From Sphaeroforma arctica JP610 (taxonomy: Eukaryota), in NCBI RefSeq assembly GCF_001186125.1, contig NW_014040219.1, positions 39,937 to 86,047 of the forward strand: a DNA stretch of 46,111 nucleotides, in the 5' to 3' direction. The notes under the pieces were generated by a model. That model ran no database searches, had not been told where the DNA came from, and worked only from the letters and a program-made list of their open reading frames with translations. Below, piece by piece: positions 13,153 through 26,567 of the stretch; position 1 is the stretch's first letter, and each line of letters opens with the position of its first letter. A program made the translations under genes and the position numbers.

Positions 13153-13749
13153 TATAAGGAATATGTAACCAACTACAACGAGCTCATGGGTATTCGCCCA
13201 AGCAACTTAACTACGTGGGATATGTCACACACTTGAGGTTTTTTGTGGTCAAGAGCCTTTATAATCCTTTGTATACTACCAGAGAAAACTGCTGATACAT
13301 ACACATAGGCCTTATTCTCTAAATAGCATTCAAGCTCTCTAGCAGCGAGAGTATTTATTATTATGTATGTACATATTCGGTCCATCATGCTTTCCGTTCA
13401 CCAATGACTATTTGTAAAATGGTGCTTTTATTCACTCACTATTTCCTCACCCAAAAACAGTGGCGAAATAACGCAGGCAAAAGAAGGATGTGGGAAGCCG
13501 ATTGCCGGATGAGCCGGTGAATGGGGTTTTTACTTTATTTGGGGTCAAAACAAAGTCAAAGTTTTCTTCCTCAAATGTTCCTGCAGCCATCGGCATCGCA
13601 TAAATACATCTAATAAATAAATAAATACTGCCTTCAACCTGGTTTTTTTAAATGTTTTTAGAAGGGGTTCCTGACAATAATTTTTGGGTTGTTTTGGGAG
13701 GTATTGTTGTATAGAAAAATTCGTCGTGTAAAATGGCAAGCTTTTCCGT

Positions 13750-14160
13750 GCCATAATGTTCACGCGTAAATTAGTAGCTTTTGCAAATTCGCCATTCAAA
13801 CGAGTGATGAATTTACTATCTTCTCTCCAGAATTATGCTTGATTTGATAGAGACCGATTCTCGCTCGATTGCTGAGTCCTCGAGATTCAAAATTGTAGCG
13901 ATTTTGAAGATGTTGTATCATAGCAGAGGGATATCTTCTTTCAACAATGGGGATAATGAAGAATATAAGATGTATTGAGCTTGTCCAAAATGTATTTGTG
14001 ACCATCGTCAAAACGGATCTTGTGGGTATCTGATGATATCAATGATGCTCTTCTGACTTTTAATAGGATTGTTACTTCACATGGCCAGTTGGCAAAGTTC
14101 TCTCGGCCTTCTAGTATAGTGTCAGGTTCACCTTTCTTTCCAGTTATATTGCTTAGGCCT
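13750..14160 (-). mobile_element. Degenerate Ty1/copia-like gag relic (frameshifted)
   Basis: Three frames give ILEGRENFANWPCEVTILLK, PSAMIQHLQNRYNFESRGLSNRARIGLYQIKHNSGEK and FITRLNGEFAKATNL, in the order expected for copia gag N-terminal (DUF4219-like) and UBN2-like segments. Pattern recognition only. Confidence 0.4.
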
Positions 14161-15480
14161 TAGAATTAAGAGACCTGATAAGTTATTAATGTACTTGGAA
14201 TGTCCCGATAAATGAGTCGTACATAGCTCCATTGGACACAAGGGTACATACATATGACTATGCCAGGAGGAATTAAAAAGTTAAACATCGGACCAATAAG
14301 AGTATGTAGCCAAAAAAAAATTGAGGCAAGTTTCCAGTGACCAGAGTCTACGGAGTTCCATAACGATCAACACCTTCTGAAGTTCTGACTTCTGACTTCT
14401 GAGACCTGAGTTCGGACTCCTGAGTGTGAGTGAGACTGTGAGACAGTGAGAGTATACAGTATACACTATGATACTAGATACAGTATCTGAGAGACTGCAA
14501 GAGAGGAGTCGGGAGTTGGGGTCACCGAGTCAAAGGAGTCAGAAGAGTCGAATGGACTCAGGACTGCATTCACGAGTAAAACTATGGACTTAAGACTCCA
14601 AGAGTGAGTGTTCTGATGTTCTCAGGGTCTCACAGTCACCAGACTCAAACTTCACAAACTTGAAGGCTCTAGAAGTCAAGATTCAAGATTCAAGTCTCTG
14701 TAAAGACTAAAGTGTAAAGTAGAGTTGAAACAACTCTCAAAGTCTCAAATAAAAATACACCCAAACTGAAAACAAAGTGCAGTGGAACTGTGGACAGCTT
14801 CCAGTGTCCTCTTACATCTATGTTCACTCTGGGCAATTATAAGTCGTTTGCGGAACCTTGAAAATTTGAAATGCAGGGCAACAACAAAGCGGAGTTCATA
14901 ATACGGATACAATAATGAATAATTTAAAACAGGTTAGTATCGATGCCATTTAAACGTATTTAAGTATGTGTTTATATCTCGACGATTCGGAAACAGCAAT
15001 AAACAGTGAACTATACATTTGAAGCACAAAGGGCAAAGTTTAAAGTAGATATTCACCTAGCCTTCGCTGAAGAACTTAAAGGGTGGCAACGCCATGCCTA
15101 TTGTATATATATATAATATATAATATAATATAATATATATATATATATATATATATCTATTCCTGTTCCTAGTTTTACTACCATAATACTGGTATCAAAT
15201 GGTGCTTTAATATTCACTTCCAGATGGGTGATCGAGCGTCGCAAAATATGTATTTAAAAAGGTAAGCCGACACTACAGAATGACAGAGGCAGTCGGATAG
15301 AAACGCTTAGATGAAGCTCGTCAAGACTTACGCATATATTTCTGGTAGAATGAATAGCAGTACGCCTGTTATATATTTACAATTCCACCTCATGAAAGAT
15401 ATCACCCAGAACATCGCAAACCTTGGTAATTTTGACACTTAGATTTATAACTTAACGCTTGGATAACGCAAGCGAAACTA

Positions 15481-18400
15481 TCATTTCTGGGGCAGTTCGA
15501 ACACCGTGGTTCCCAACGGCGGTACCAGTAGCTCATAAGCTCGTCCATCTGTTGTCTTCCTACACCATTGAACAGAATCCTGCGCTTGCTGATTAGTTGG
15601 TGTGCTAGGCGTGCCATCTACCTGCGTGCTGATTCGTTCAATCACACGCTCCTGCATTAAACTATGCGGTTGTAACCTCAGCAAAGTCTCGTCGGCATCA
15701 TGCCCTCGCAGCCGCACTCTATGCTGTGTGGCAGTCGCGTTCAGACATACTATAACTAATTCTCGTTCAGGGTCTAAGTCCTCCAGAGGCACTTGTGTGT
15801 CCAGCTTAAGTTGATTTGCACGCAGATATAGGTGTAAGGGTGATAAGGGTGCGTTTGTCTCTGCCGCCCTCCAATCGAATGCTTCAGTTACCGTCTTATC
15901 GGAGATGCTCATTACCACCACTCCGGGTATCTGACGAGCCCCGGTATTATGGAACCTAACGCGTTCAAGCACTTCGTCACGCGTGTTCAGTCGAAATAGT
16001 CGCGAGCTCTGCCGGATTTGCAACATCATACCTACATGCCCCACCATTTCTGTTATATCAGACTTGTTTGGTATAAACGACGCATTCTGTAATAACGGTA
16101 CCATGATCGACTCGTCACCACCCGGCTCTACGGGTAACCCAATACCGAAGTTATTGTGACTGTGGTCAAAGTATAGCCTGTCATGGGAGGTAGAAGGTAG
16201 GAAAGAGAATAAGAACAATAAAAAAAAGCCGAGGTCGGTGCACATATAATACATACACACACGCTCACAGACACACTATGTAATATATACATATATACAT
16301 ATATACATATTGTTATATAATGTTATATATATATATATATATATATTATAAAATAATGATATAAAGATATAACAATATAACAATATAATTATAGAATGTA
16401 TTGTATAGTGACCTTGTATATACTATATGACAAGCAAACGAATTGAATATACCTATTAAACCAGTCACCGCTGTTGTACGAATCTCTCTCCAGCGACTTT
16501 GAGCGTAACATCTCACAGCCTGCGTGCAAGAAGGGCACCCCTTGACACATCAACGGTATATCCACCGCCAACTGTTGAGTTGCAACACGTTCACGCATGG
16601 GGCAGTCCTTCCGTAACTTGTACACGTTGTTGTCATACAGAGTCTGGTTGTCATGGGCACTCACATATGCGATGTGCTCGCGGGGGCTCTGGTTGTAACC
16701 TGCGGGAGACCCTTTGTAGTCGATGTCTTGTCCGCGCTTTACAGTCCCATCGGCAGCTTCTAATGTATAGTCTGCTAAATTGGCAGCCAGCGCTACCCGG
16801 ATGATGTCTGAGTTCTGGAGAAGGGCCGCCTTTTCCTCGGGTGATCTACATTACCAGGACAAGTGCCAGAGATAAATAAGTTATTCTTGAGATATGGTTC
16901 AATACGACCCGACGCTGCTCACGAGAAAAATTAAACGTATATTGGTTTCTGAGCTGCGAGAGTTTGATAGTCTACGAATCATGCGATGTTCTCCAAACGA
17001 ATCACTTCGTACGGGAGTGTACGTAACTCCACTATATCCCGCGGTATAGAACTTCTAGACAGAGCTCTTTCTACGTAATAATATATACATCGGTAGCGCC
17101 TGGGCAGACTCTACATTGCTCGCGACCAGCCGCATGCAAGGTGCTTTTGAAGCCCAGGCTCCACTTGAAACCGCTTCCGCACAGGTGTATGTACAATCAC
17201 AGACAAATCTCGCAGGTCAGAGCTATTTGCGTATTGAAGAAGATTCATGGTTGCACTCTGGTCGATTTTGGTCTCACACTCTCTTGGATTATGAGACCAT
17301 AAATCGACGATTGTGGGAGCATAGTTCGATTCTTAGTGAGCACAGCACTTCACGCTACAAATCATATGGCAGCGCATGCACTGTTGTGTTGAAAGTGCTT
17401 TGATGATTTGAGGCTGCTCATGTATCCCAAAAAAGGCCATCACATTGTATAAAAATAGGACACACCTGCCTACCCAGATCTTTGGACAATAGATAAATAA
17501 ACGTTCACAGGTAAGCCTTGTTAACTAACATGCCACCGTTAATACTTGAATGCATCTACACCTCACTCAGCCTCATGGACACAGCCACTCAACGTAAACG
17601 GGACAAAGCCACAATCCACCCACTTCGCGAACGCAGCCAGCTATATACCTCAGTACACCCGCCAAATCTAACCCCCCCTCCCCCCCCCACACAAACTCGC
17701 TACTTACCATCGCCTTGTAAATGAAACAGTACTCACCCGTGGTTGTTCTCATTCGGCCGCACATACAACCCGTTGCAGAAGCCCTGGTTGGTAACAAGCG
17801 ACTGTCCACTGTCAAACGCCCCTCCGCCTCGCACGGCATCCCGTACGCGGTCATTGAACGTGCCTATGCCTGTGCCAGCCATGTTGTGCTGAGTAGCGTT
17901 GACCCCACGGGCATTGTGAGCCACCTCTCCAAAGTCCCAACCTGTCCAAGCAAGTAAGTGTGCAAGCAGGTAGCGACAATAAAAGTCAGGTAATGGATAG
18001 TAACAATAGAGAGCTACACTGATGGGCTGGAACGCTATGTGTGCAAATATGTTTGACTTTTATCGCTGCTGTATGCCTCTATTTATATATATATATATAT
18101 ATATATGTTTGCTATATGTATATGTGAGTATAGTATATATAAATATATATATATCGTCACTGTGTGCTTATTAAATGTACCAATGCTCTCCAAACCAGAC
18201 TTCCCAATAACAAGCAGGGATACCCATGCAGAGAACCACCACAGGACACGCTCTTACCTTCACCATACATGCAGATGGTGGGGTCTATACCATCCAGCAT
18301 CGTCCGGATCTTGAGCATGGTATCCTTCATATGATGTCCCATCAGGTCGAATCTGAAGCCATCTACCTAGCAGATGAGAACCAGTAATAAGCACATTTCA

Positions 18401-18643
18401 GGTACAAATCATGCCCGCAAAACCTATGTGTTCAACGTGCCTGTGAGAGAGCTTCCCCGCAAGTTCGATGGAAATAACTACAGTAGTACAAGCGGGGTGC
18501 CAAACCATATGGATAGCACAGAAGGTTCTTATAGTCATAATGCAAAAAGTTCATGGTGTGACTATTGATACAGATAGCATGGAACGCATATACATAGCGG
18601 CATAATTTTAATTACCTTGTAGTGTGTGGCCCAGACCCTGAGT

Positions 18644-18675
<32 letters not shown>

Positions 18676-21600
18676 TTCCGAGGCTGTGTTGTTCATGCAC
18701 GTGCTTTCCTCCACATCTCCGTCCATATCCAAACGGTAGTAATACCCAGGGACTATCTTATCGAACACTGAGTACTCAGCCTGCTTGATGAATCCCGAGG
18801 CAAAGGTGTGATTGTACACTACATCCATGACCACGCGTAAACCTGTAGTCGTGACAGCGAACTATAAGTCTAAGGCGCTGCATTGTGCTGGTAGAAACTG
18901 GCATTGCATTGTGCTAGTAGAAACAAGTTAGCATCAGACGCCTACGCATTTCAGTACGAGCTTGTTGCTTCAATGAGCCTTTATTGTATATCTCAGGCAA
19001 TTCAGTTCCAATTCATTTCATCTCAGATGATAGAATACAAACTACGCCGATATGTGAGCGAACGGCACTGATATTTGTGAATATTGTATGTACTTGCAAC
19101 ATGTTTTACAAACATCGAGATAACGAGCCAAATAATCACCACTGTTGCGTCGTTAGAGCGTCCGGATCCGATTGAGACTTGAACAATACCAAGATGCAAA
19201 TATTCCCACGAGAATCCTAGAAATCAACTATATAAACATACGTATGTAACTATATACTTAAATATATATACATATATATATATATGTATATATAACACAT
19301 ATACTCTAACACACACACACATATATATATATTTATATACATATATACATGTTTGAGATGTTCGAAGAAGGCGCGTCAAATACCGGTCGAGTACACTCAT
19401 CAAAGGCATACCCATTCGATTAAGGCTTTGTACCATGTGCCTGAACTCAAGCGTGCGCATGGGGCCGTTGGGACTGACGGCGTAGCTCCCCTCGGGCACT
19501 GCATAGTGCCATGGATCGTAACCCCTGTGTTGGCAGAAACAGTGTTAAACGAGTGGAATGGAAGTTTTACCTCAATGAGATACATAGACTAGCACTCAAA
19601 TATATATCGAAGCCGTATGCCGGATGAAGCGTAGGCAGGTAAAGTTTGGAGAGCATTTTCAGTCGAACACACGTTGAGAAATGAGGTTTGGCCGATATGC
19701 TTGCAAATGTGGTGCAATTCTTATTACAGCCAAGAGTGTGGCATGCAGTCCTAAACACGGTCCTAAAATCACCAATAAGTGAACATACAAGACAAGGAAC
19801 TACTTTGTATAGCATTGTAAAGGATAGTAAAGATCTCTCATACTACGCAACACTGCACTGATTGACTTATAAATATTAAGGGCTGAGGGTTTCTATATTA
19901 GCGCTTGATAGGGTTTCTGTATTGGCGCTTGTAACGGTTTCTGGTACTTCAGGCACCACAAGAACAGAGAATGCTCACACCCGATAAGGCTTACAAGTGA
20001 TGGTAACACCATCCCACGTATATGTGACAATAGCATGGGCCATCGAAGTAGGCGAACAAACTCAAACCTCGACACTTACCAATTGAAGGAATCCACATCT
20101 TGCACTACAGTCGGTCAGGGTTGATGGTGCAGTGCAACGAGCAAGGAATATATGCGCAACAAATGGGATAAGTAAATATGAAATAGGAGGACGGTATTCA
20201 AGCAGGAAGGTGTCTATCACAAGAAGCAGGTACCTACACTGAGATTGAGCCTGGGTCTGATGTGTATGCAGAGTTCCAGACCACATCTCGACGACTTCAT
20301 CCCACCTTGCCCCACACAAAAGAGTACAGCTGCATATTCGCACATGCTATGAGATGGTACACTAGTACTGTTTATGAGAGACGAGTCGCACGTGTAGTGT
20401 GTTTCTTCTTCTCATCCACACCATTTGATCTGTCTACGAACCGACTAACATGCACACTATGTATAGCCAGCCATTCCTTGAGCAATATCATGACTCTCTG
20501 ATTCCCCCAAAATAGTCGCACACACCTTTACGTACTGCCTCCGCCTGTAGATGTGATGCCGTGCCTGCATCAGTGGGTATAGACGGCTCAATGCGAGCGC
20601 TGGGGTCTTCAGGCACACTCGCTATGTCAAACACTGGCAACAGGTGCACGTGGGTGAGTCCGGCCTGGGAAAGGGCCTTTAAGTGGGCAACCCCGTTACT
20701 GCTGGCCTGTGTAAGGGATATGAATGTACTTGTGTGTGAGACATGCATTGGCTATGGATAATGGCCGCGTATGGATAAAATATTAGTACGGTGTGCGTTT
20801 GTACGCTATGTTGAGTTCTGGCAGCAGATGCATACGCGTATGACTTGCCGGAAGGAAAGTCAGCACACTTCGTGACTGCGCTACTCGTGTTTATAAAATC
20901 GATAGGAAACCTGAGCGTTTATGTGATGTACATAAATGCGTATTGAGTTTATTTTTTCAGACACGTTATGCTATGTCAAATACGAGAGGGAAAACGTGAC
21001 GTGTGTGCATCCACTTAGCCTAGGGCGAAGAAACATTGAATAATGATGTTTGTCCGTGTAACACATAATCACATGCATATTTATACACGAGTGGATACCA
21101 CAAGTACGTATACATATCATCATACGTAGACACATATGTGGATATCATAAATACGATAACGTGTAAACGATGCTACATAACGCAAGTGTGTAGGTGCATA
21201 CGTTTGCGAGAACCGCTCGGGGATAAGGAAGACCAGATACGCAGCAATGTTACTGGTCGTGGTCTTCAGGTGGACAATACACGACCTGACAAATGTTGCT
21301 AATGCTAATATGTGTTGAGTGTAAAATCGGATATTCACACATACATAGGTGGGGTATATATCCATGTATGTCTTTACATCACGTCAAGACAGTATTGCAC
21401 TTATATATTCATGTAAGTACTAAACCTAAGACAGTATTGTACTTATTTATTTATGTACATAATTAACACGTTAAGACAGCAGTACGCATATATATTCATA
21501 AAAGTACTAAATATGGTAAGACAGTATTGTAATCTTCAAGTTGTTTGGCGCCTAGTCATTGCAACGAACGGTTCGCTATGGCTTATGTCTTGGGTTAGCG

Positions 21601-21718
21601 CATAACTGCATGAGATAGAAGTCGAGTTATTCAGCTGTGCACGAGCGAATATTCTGGTAGGCCAACTATCGATTGCAGAAACTTACTACTTCTTGTAGTA
21701 GTATATATAATATATATA

Positions 21719-21770
<52 letters not shown>

Positions 21771-24089
21771 ATATGTGTGTTTGTGAATACATGTATACGT
21801 GTACTAGCAATAAGCTCCTCGCCGTTGCTAATTTCCTGCGCTCAGCTATCGCAAAGCAACACATACACACTCCGACCACAATCCTGCAAATAAATCGTAC
21901 AGCCATACCATACAATATCATATCATACCTCAGTGAATGCGGTGTACTTGCCCCGTTTGTCTTCACTCACAGTTTGATCGTTAATACTGAAGTCACGCAC
22001 GTGTAACTCGTATAACACCATATCGACGAAGTGCTCGAGTGGCGGCTTCTCATGCACCAATTCATCCCAGCCGTCGGGTTTGAGAACCGGGTTTACCAGA
22101 TCGACCGCCACGGACCACGTGCTATCGGTTGTGAGTGCTCGAGAGTAGGGGTCGGTTACATCGCAGCACCGTATGCTGCCACTTAGTCTGTCATATACTT
22201 CTACGCGATACTTGTACTTTGTCCCCGCTTGAAGGTGGGTTTTACCGTGTTCTGTGATAGGTGAATAGCGTAGAGGTTAGTTTCACAGGGATTGTTCTCT
22301 GACAATACTACAGCCACCAACGGGTTTCTGCGAGCAAGACTCATCTGCTTGACATGTGGGATATGAGATAAGCGCAGATTATTTTAGGGACAGCAATATG
22401 ATTCCATCCAACTTTGTCCTGGATTCCAATATCCAGAAAACTTAGGAAAGCATAGATACATAGACCTATCTTTTCGATTAGCTGTATGTACACTTTCAAT
22501 CTACAAGCGTCATGCACCAAAATATCAATCAATCCAATGTCGATGCAACACTCCCTACACCAACAACCACCCCACAATCAACAGAAACAGTCTTGACACT
22601 ACCGTACCTGCTTCAGCCGCATCGAGCTCCCACACACCAGCATTCCCTGGCGATCGATACAACTGCGAGACCACTGCGTGTTCATGTTCTACAGAACTAT
22701 CTGTGTAGTGCACGTACTCCTCATTTTGTGCGACGCGCCCATGCACGTCTGTGAGAGCGACCACTGACACACTCTTGGCTGTTGGGGCCCATACGCTGAG
22801 CTGCACTGAGCCGTCTTCGCGTACTACTGCCCCGAGGGTTCCGTGGTAGGCGTAAAGGTCATCCAGAACACCCGGTATCTGCACGCCGGTGCTTTTAATC
22901 ACGGTATTTCCCTTTGCGGCCACTAGAATGATCTGAGACTGTGGGGTTGTTCTGAAGTTATTAGTTGAACGTTTCTGTGAGCTTCACAGGTGCGTTGTCT
23001 GCGATGAATACGCACTGCATGCATGCTTTCCATCCACCCAGACACCGCTATAGGCCTATGCACGCCATTTTGGATTGGCTTTGACAGCCCTTTCGATCTG
23101 AACTATCCACAATTCTACAAAGGTCTCTCTTGAACGTGAGTTCTTCTCTTGGCTGTGTGGCGAGAGATGCTGTAGTGCTTACTTCTATGTACCTAAAACA
23201 CACAGCAGCTCGATACATCAATATCACCTCCTGTCGTTCCCACGGGGATCTGCAACGCGGCTTAATCATCTGCAAAGTCTATCTGATCCAGATGATCTAT
23301 TTTAGAGTTTTGACGTGTCTCTAATACGGCTACGACATACCAACTGCAAGATGTAGACTGGAAGCGAAAAACTTGCGGTATCTATATTTTAGTTGCACAA
23401 CGCACATCTGTATCTAATACAGTATACTCAGACCAACTAAGAAATGCGGATCCAGATGGAAGATCGTGAAGACCTCTTATATCACTTGTACAGCTTGCGG
23501 CCCGGAGAATGAGATTGTATTACTTTGAGTTACATAAATATGAATACCTACAGTTTATACGTTGTGGCAACAGGGAGCAAATTTTGAACACACATTTCTA
23601 TAGCCAGCAATTGAGGAGGGGGGGGGCTTTCCTTTTTACACAACAAAGTGTGCACAACTTACAGAACTTACAGAACTAATCGTCCAAGATAGTTAGAAGG
23701 ACAAATCAAGCCACAACGAATGCAGTTCCGGTATATCTGGTGTTCGCGTACTGCTACTACAGACAAAGGCCAGTTACACACATTTATACCTGTATTTTAA
23801 GGACAGTTACGTACATATATACCTGTAGGATCTCCAGAACCGCGGCGGAGTGCTCCTCCCGCAAACGATACACAGCATACTCCCGCAAGTGCGGAGACTT
23901 CTCGCGCAAAGAACCGCTCAGTCCCTCCCCCACGCGTTCCAGTTCTATGGTTGTGCCGTCACGTAGTGCACTCTCCTCACTCAACCCACCCTCTGATTTG
24001 TAGACCAAGAATACTTGTTCGCCGCCTTCTGCACTGTAATCCCATGCGAAGGTGTCTCGGTCTAGCCAGTGTGCGCGTGCCTTATTCAT
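15481..24089 (-). CDS. Pullulanase-type alpha-1,6-glucosidase / limit dextrinase-like GH13 enzyme; 11 exons, about 956 aa from ATG 24089
   Basis: Exons 23823-24089, 22608-22938, 21929-22251, 20526-20706, 20080-20104, 19412-19524, 18616-18842, 18258-18366, 17737-17941, 16453-16845, 15481-16177 (2,871 nt, in frame). Motifs: [79 protein letters not shown] (nucleophile), YGEGW (acid/base), [25 protein letters not shown]. Confidence 0.93.
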
Positions 24090-25326
24090 ACTTGCGGATT
24101 CGCAACTTATCTAATCTGGGCGATATAGCGGAAACAAATAAGATACGGCACGAAAAGGATATCCTCTTGAAATGTTACTACATACAAGCCTCCACACACC
24201 CGAGGGAGTGCGAAGCTTAGTGAGAGCATGTCCTCTCCTTATTACTCGCTGTGTAGGTTTCTCTGGTTTAGTAGCAGAAGGCAGAGCATGTATTGGAAGC
24301 TCACTTACCCATAATGAAGGTACGAGATTTAATTGACCAATCACTACTACTGTCCAGAATTCTGTGTGGCGTTCAAAAATCGCTAGTATATCCAAATGCT
24401 AGTAACCATATCAACTTAAGCCAAACAACCACACCTGACAGCCGCTTTGTGAATGTCCTTGATGCACATACATGCACTCAACAGCCACGTGACTCGTTAA
24501 CGCACATTCACACTCGGTTCATCGCGTTCTTGCCCTTATTGGCATGTTCCCTAAACAAGCTTATGCCAGTATTGCAATCGCCCTAAATGACAGTTTTACC
24601 CTAAATACCACAATCTCCTCATTCTTAAAGGTAGAGATAAAGATATGAGGCGGCGACCAGCAGAGGAGAGTACTCGTGTCGTACGATATGTTACTGTAAA
24701 ACCGGATACTCTATGTTGATAAGACATGGAAGTGCACTCGTGTATCATCCTGAGGTATCAAGCGCAATGCGAAGATTGCGTGCTAGTAGGCGGAACATAT
24801 CTGTAGCAAGACTACGTACAAATTCAGCAGTGCAACAGTTTGCACTTGAATCGTAGGGCTTTGCTGCTCGCAGTCAATACGCTACTTAGATACCCCATTG
24901 TTCTAAGTTAACGAGTATTTTAGATGCTTCGTATGTAAAGTTCGGTCGTTGTTGTAGTTTCAATAGCGAGTTTCTCAGATATACGCAAACGTCTGAATTT
25001 CTTTTTAAGAATGTATATGCCCATTCAAAAGTACCCGACTGTCTGTATCAGAGTTCGAAATCAATCACCGAAATTATAGCCATAGTGTTATCAGTTGGCT
25101 ATGCACAATCGAAAATAAAATTGAAGAGGAGTACAAACACCGATAGAAACAAATTCACGTTTAGGATTGTATGCTACTGTACAATCAACACTGTTCATTA
25201 CATTGATTATCCTACTATGTAACAGAAATGAGCACACACAAAAGGAAATATAAAGCATATGTGCTTACCTGTATAATGCTTTAAACTAGCCGCACCAACA
25301 ACTTGAGCTCGAGACGGACCTGTCAT
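24090..25326 (-). CDS. Possible 51-aa N-terminal extension of the pullulanase (exons 25269-25326 and 24309-24382, plus 24090-24110)
   Basis: ATG at 25326, donors gtaagc and gtaagt, TAG acceptors. Phases join in frame: [54 protein letters not shown]. No recognisable homology, so these could be UTR exons. Confidence 0.4.
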
Positions 25327-25691
25327 CAAGCAAGATGCCCAAATTCACTTGTACTGCACTTACTGAAGGAACTTGTGATATATCTGGTTACTATAATACT
25401 ATTATGTTATGGGAATGTAGTCTACTATCGTGTGTGCCTGGCAGTATTGTTCACTCATACAAATACTATATGTGCATATTTACATAAAGAGAAAACGTCT
25501 TGATCCTGCAATTCTACCCAAACGCTACTTGTTCATAACAGGGTTTTAGGGTTCTAGGGTATGACTAGTGAACACCACTGAAAAGAGTCCTATTGGCATT
25601 CAAAGCGTGTTTGCCGTGGCAACCTTCCTCACAATGCTCACACCAGCGCACATACTACTACGAATACAACTGTAAATGCATATAAGCCATT

Positions 25692-26567
25692 ATGGCTAAT
25701 TGCCTCAGAAGAGATCTTAGACAGGTCTTATCGGCGGGCAAGGTTCTACTTGTTGATGGCGGGATAGGGTCGAGTTTGCGTGCGTTAGACACGCCTAAAG
25801 ACGCGCATTCATACCTTGATCGCTTGAACCTAACGCACCCCAGTGCAGTTGCTGAAGTGCATAGAGCCTTTATATCAGCAGGTGTTGACATAATCACTAC
25901 AAACACATTCCAGGCAAATGAATTACGCTGTCCCGACGGATATACTGTAGAAGAGCTGAATAAAGCGGCTGTGTGCATTGCAAAGCAGGCTATACGTGAC
26001 CATGTGAAGAATGACGATAAAAATATATACATACTTGGATCCGTGGGGCCGCTTTGTACCGGGAATGTAGATGATGCTAAGAAGCACTATACCACTCAAA
26101 TTGAGACCCTCCTAGATGCGGGCGTTGATGGATTGCTGATTGAGACTATCACGCATACATCAGAGGCGCGAGTTGCTCTAGAGATAGCTCGAGAGTTGCA
26201 GGTAGATATACCTGTTATAGCTTCTATATGTCTCGTAAAGGATGGCATATTACCTGGTGGCGAGTCCTGTATGGAAGGTATTGAAGTGCTAAATACGCTC
26301 GCTATAGACGCTATTGGTATCAACTGCGTAGACGATATGGACTTGTTAGTGCAAGCAATTACTAGGATGAAAAGTACCATGCCGTCTCTGCCTGTGTATA
26401 CATGCCCCAATGCAGGCTTCCCAGATGAACATGGCAAGTATAGTTTGACATGTACAACCTATAGAGATATAGTACATACACTGCATAAGCTCGGTGTAAG
26501 AATCATTGGTGGTTGCTGCGGTGTGGCCGCGAGGCATTTGGAATCGATAGACCGAGATGCCTGTTAA
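25692..26567 (+). CDS. Homocysteine S-methyltransferase family protein (stand-alone MetH-type Hcy-binding domain), intronless, 291 aa
   Basis: Motifs LLVDGGIG, HRAFISAGVDIITTNTF, GSVGP, GVDGLLIET, AIGINC, PNAG and IIGGCCG; three putative Zn-ligand Cys present. Confidence 0.9.
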   Translation: MANCLRRDLRQVLSAGKVLLVDGGIGSSLRALDTPKDAHSYLDRLNLTHPSAVAEVHRAFISAGVDIITTNTFQANELRCPDGYTVEELNKAAVCIAKQAIRDHVKNDDKNIYILGSVGPLCTGNVDDAKKHYTTQIETLLDAGVDGLLIETITHTSEARVALEIARELQVDIPVIASICLVKDGILPGGESCMEGIEVLNTLAIDAIGINCVDDMDLLVQAITRMKSTMPSLPVYTCPNAGFPDEHGKYSLTCTTYRDIVHTLHKLGVRIIGGCCGVAARHLESIDRDAC

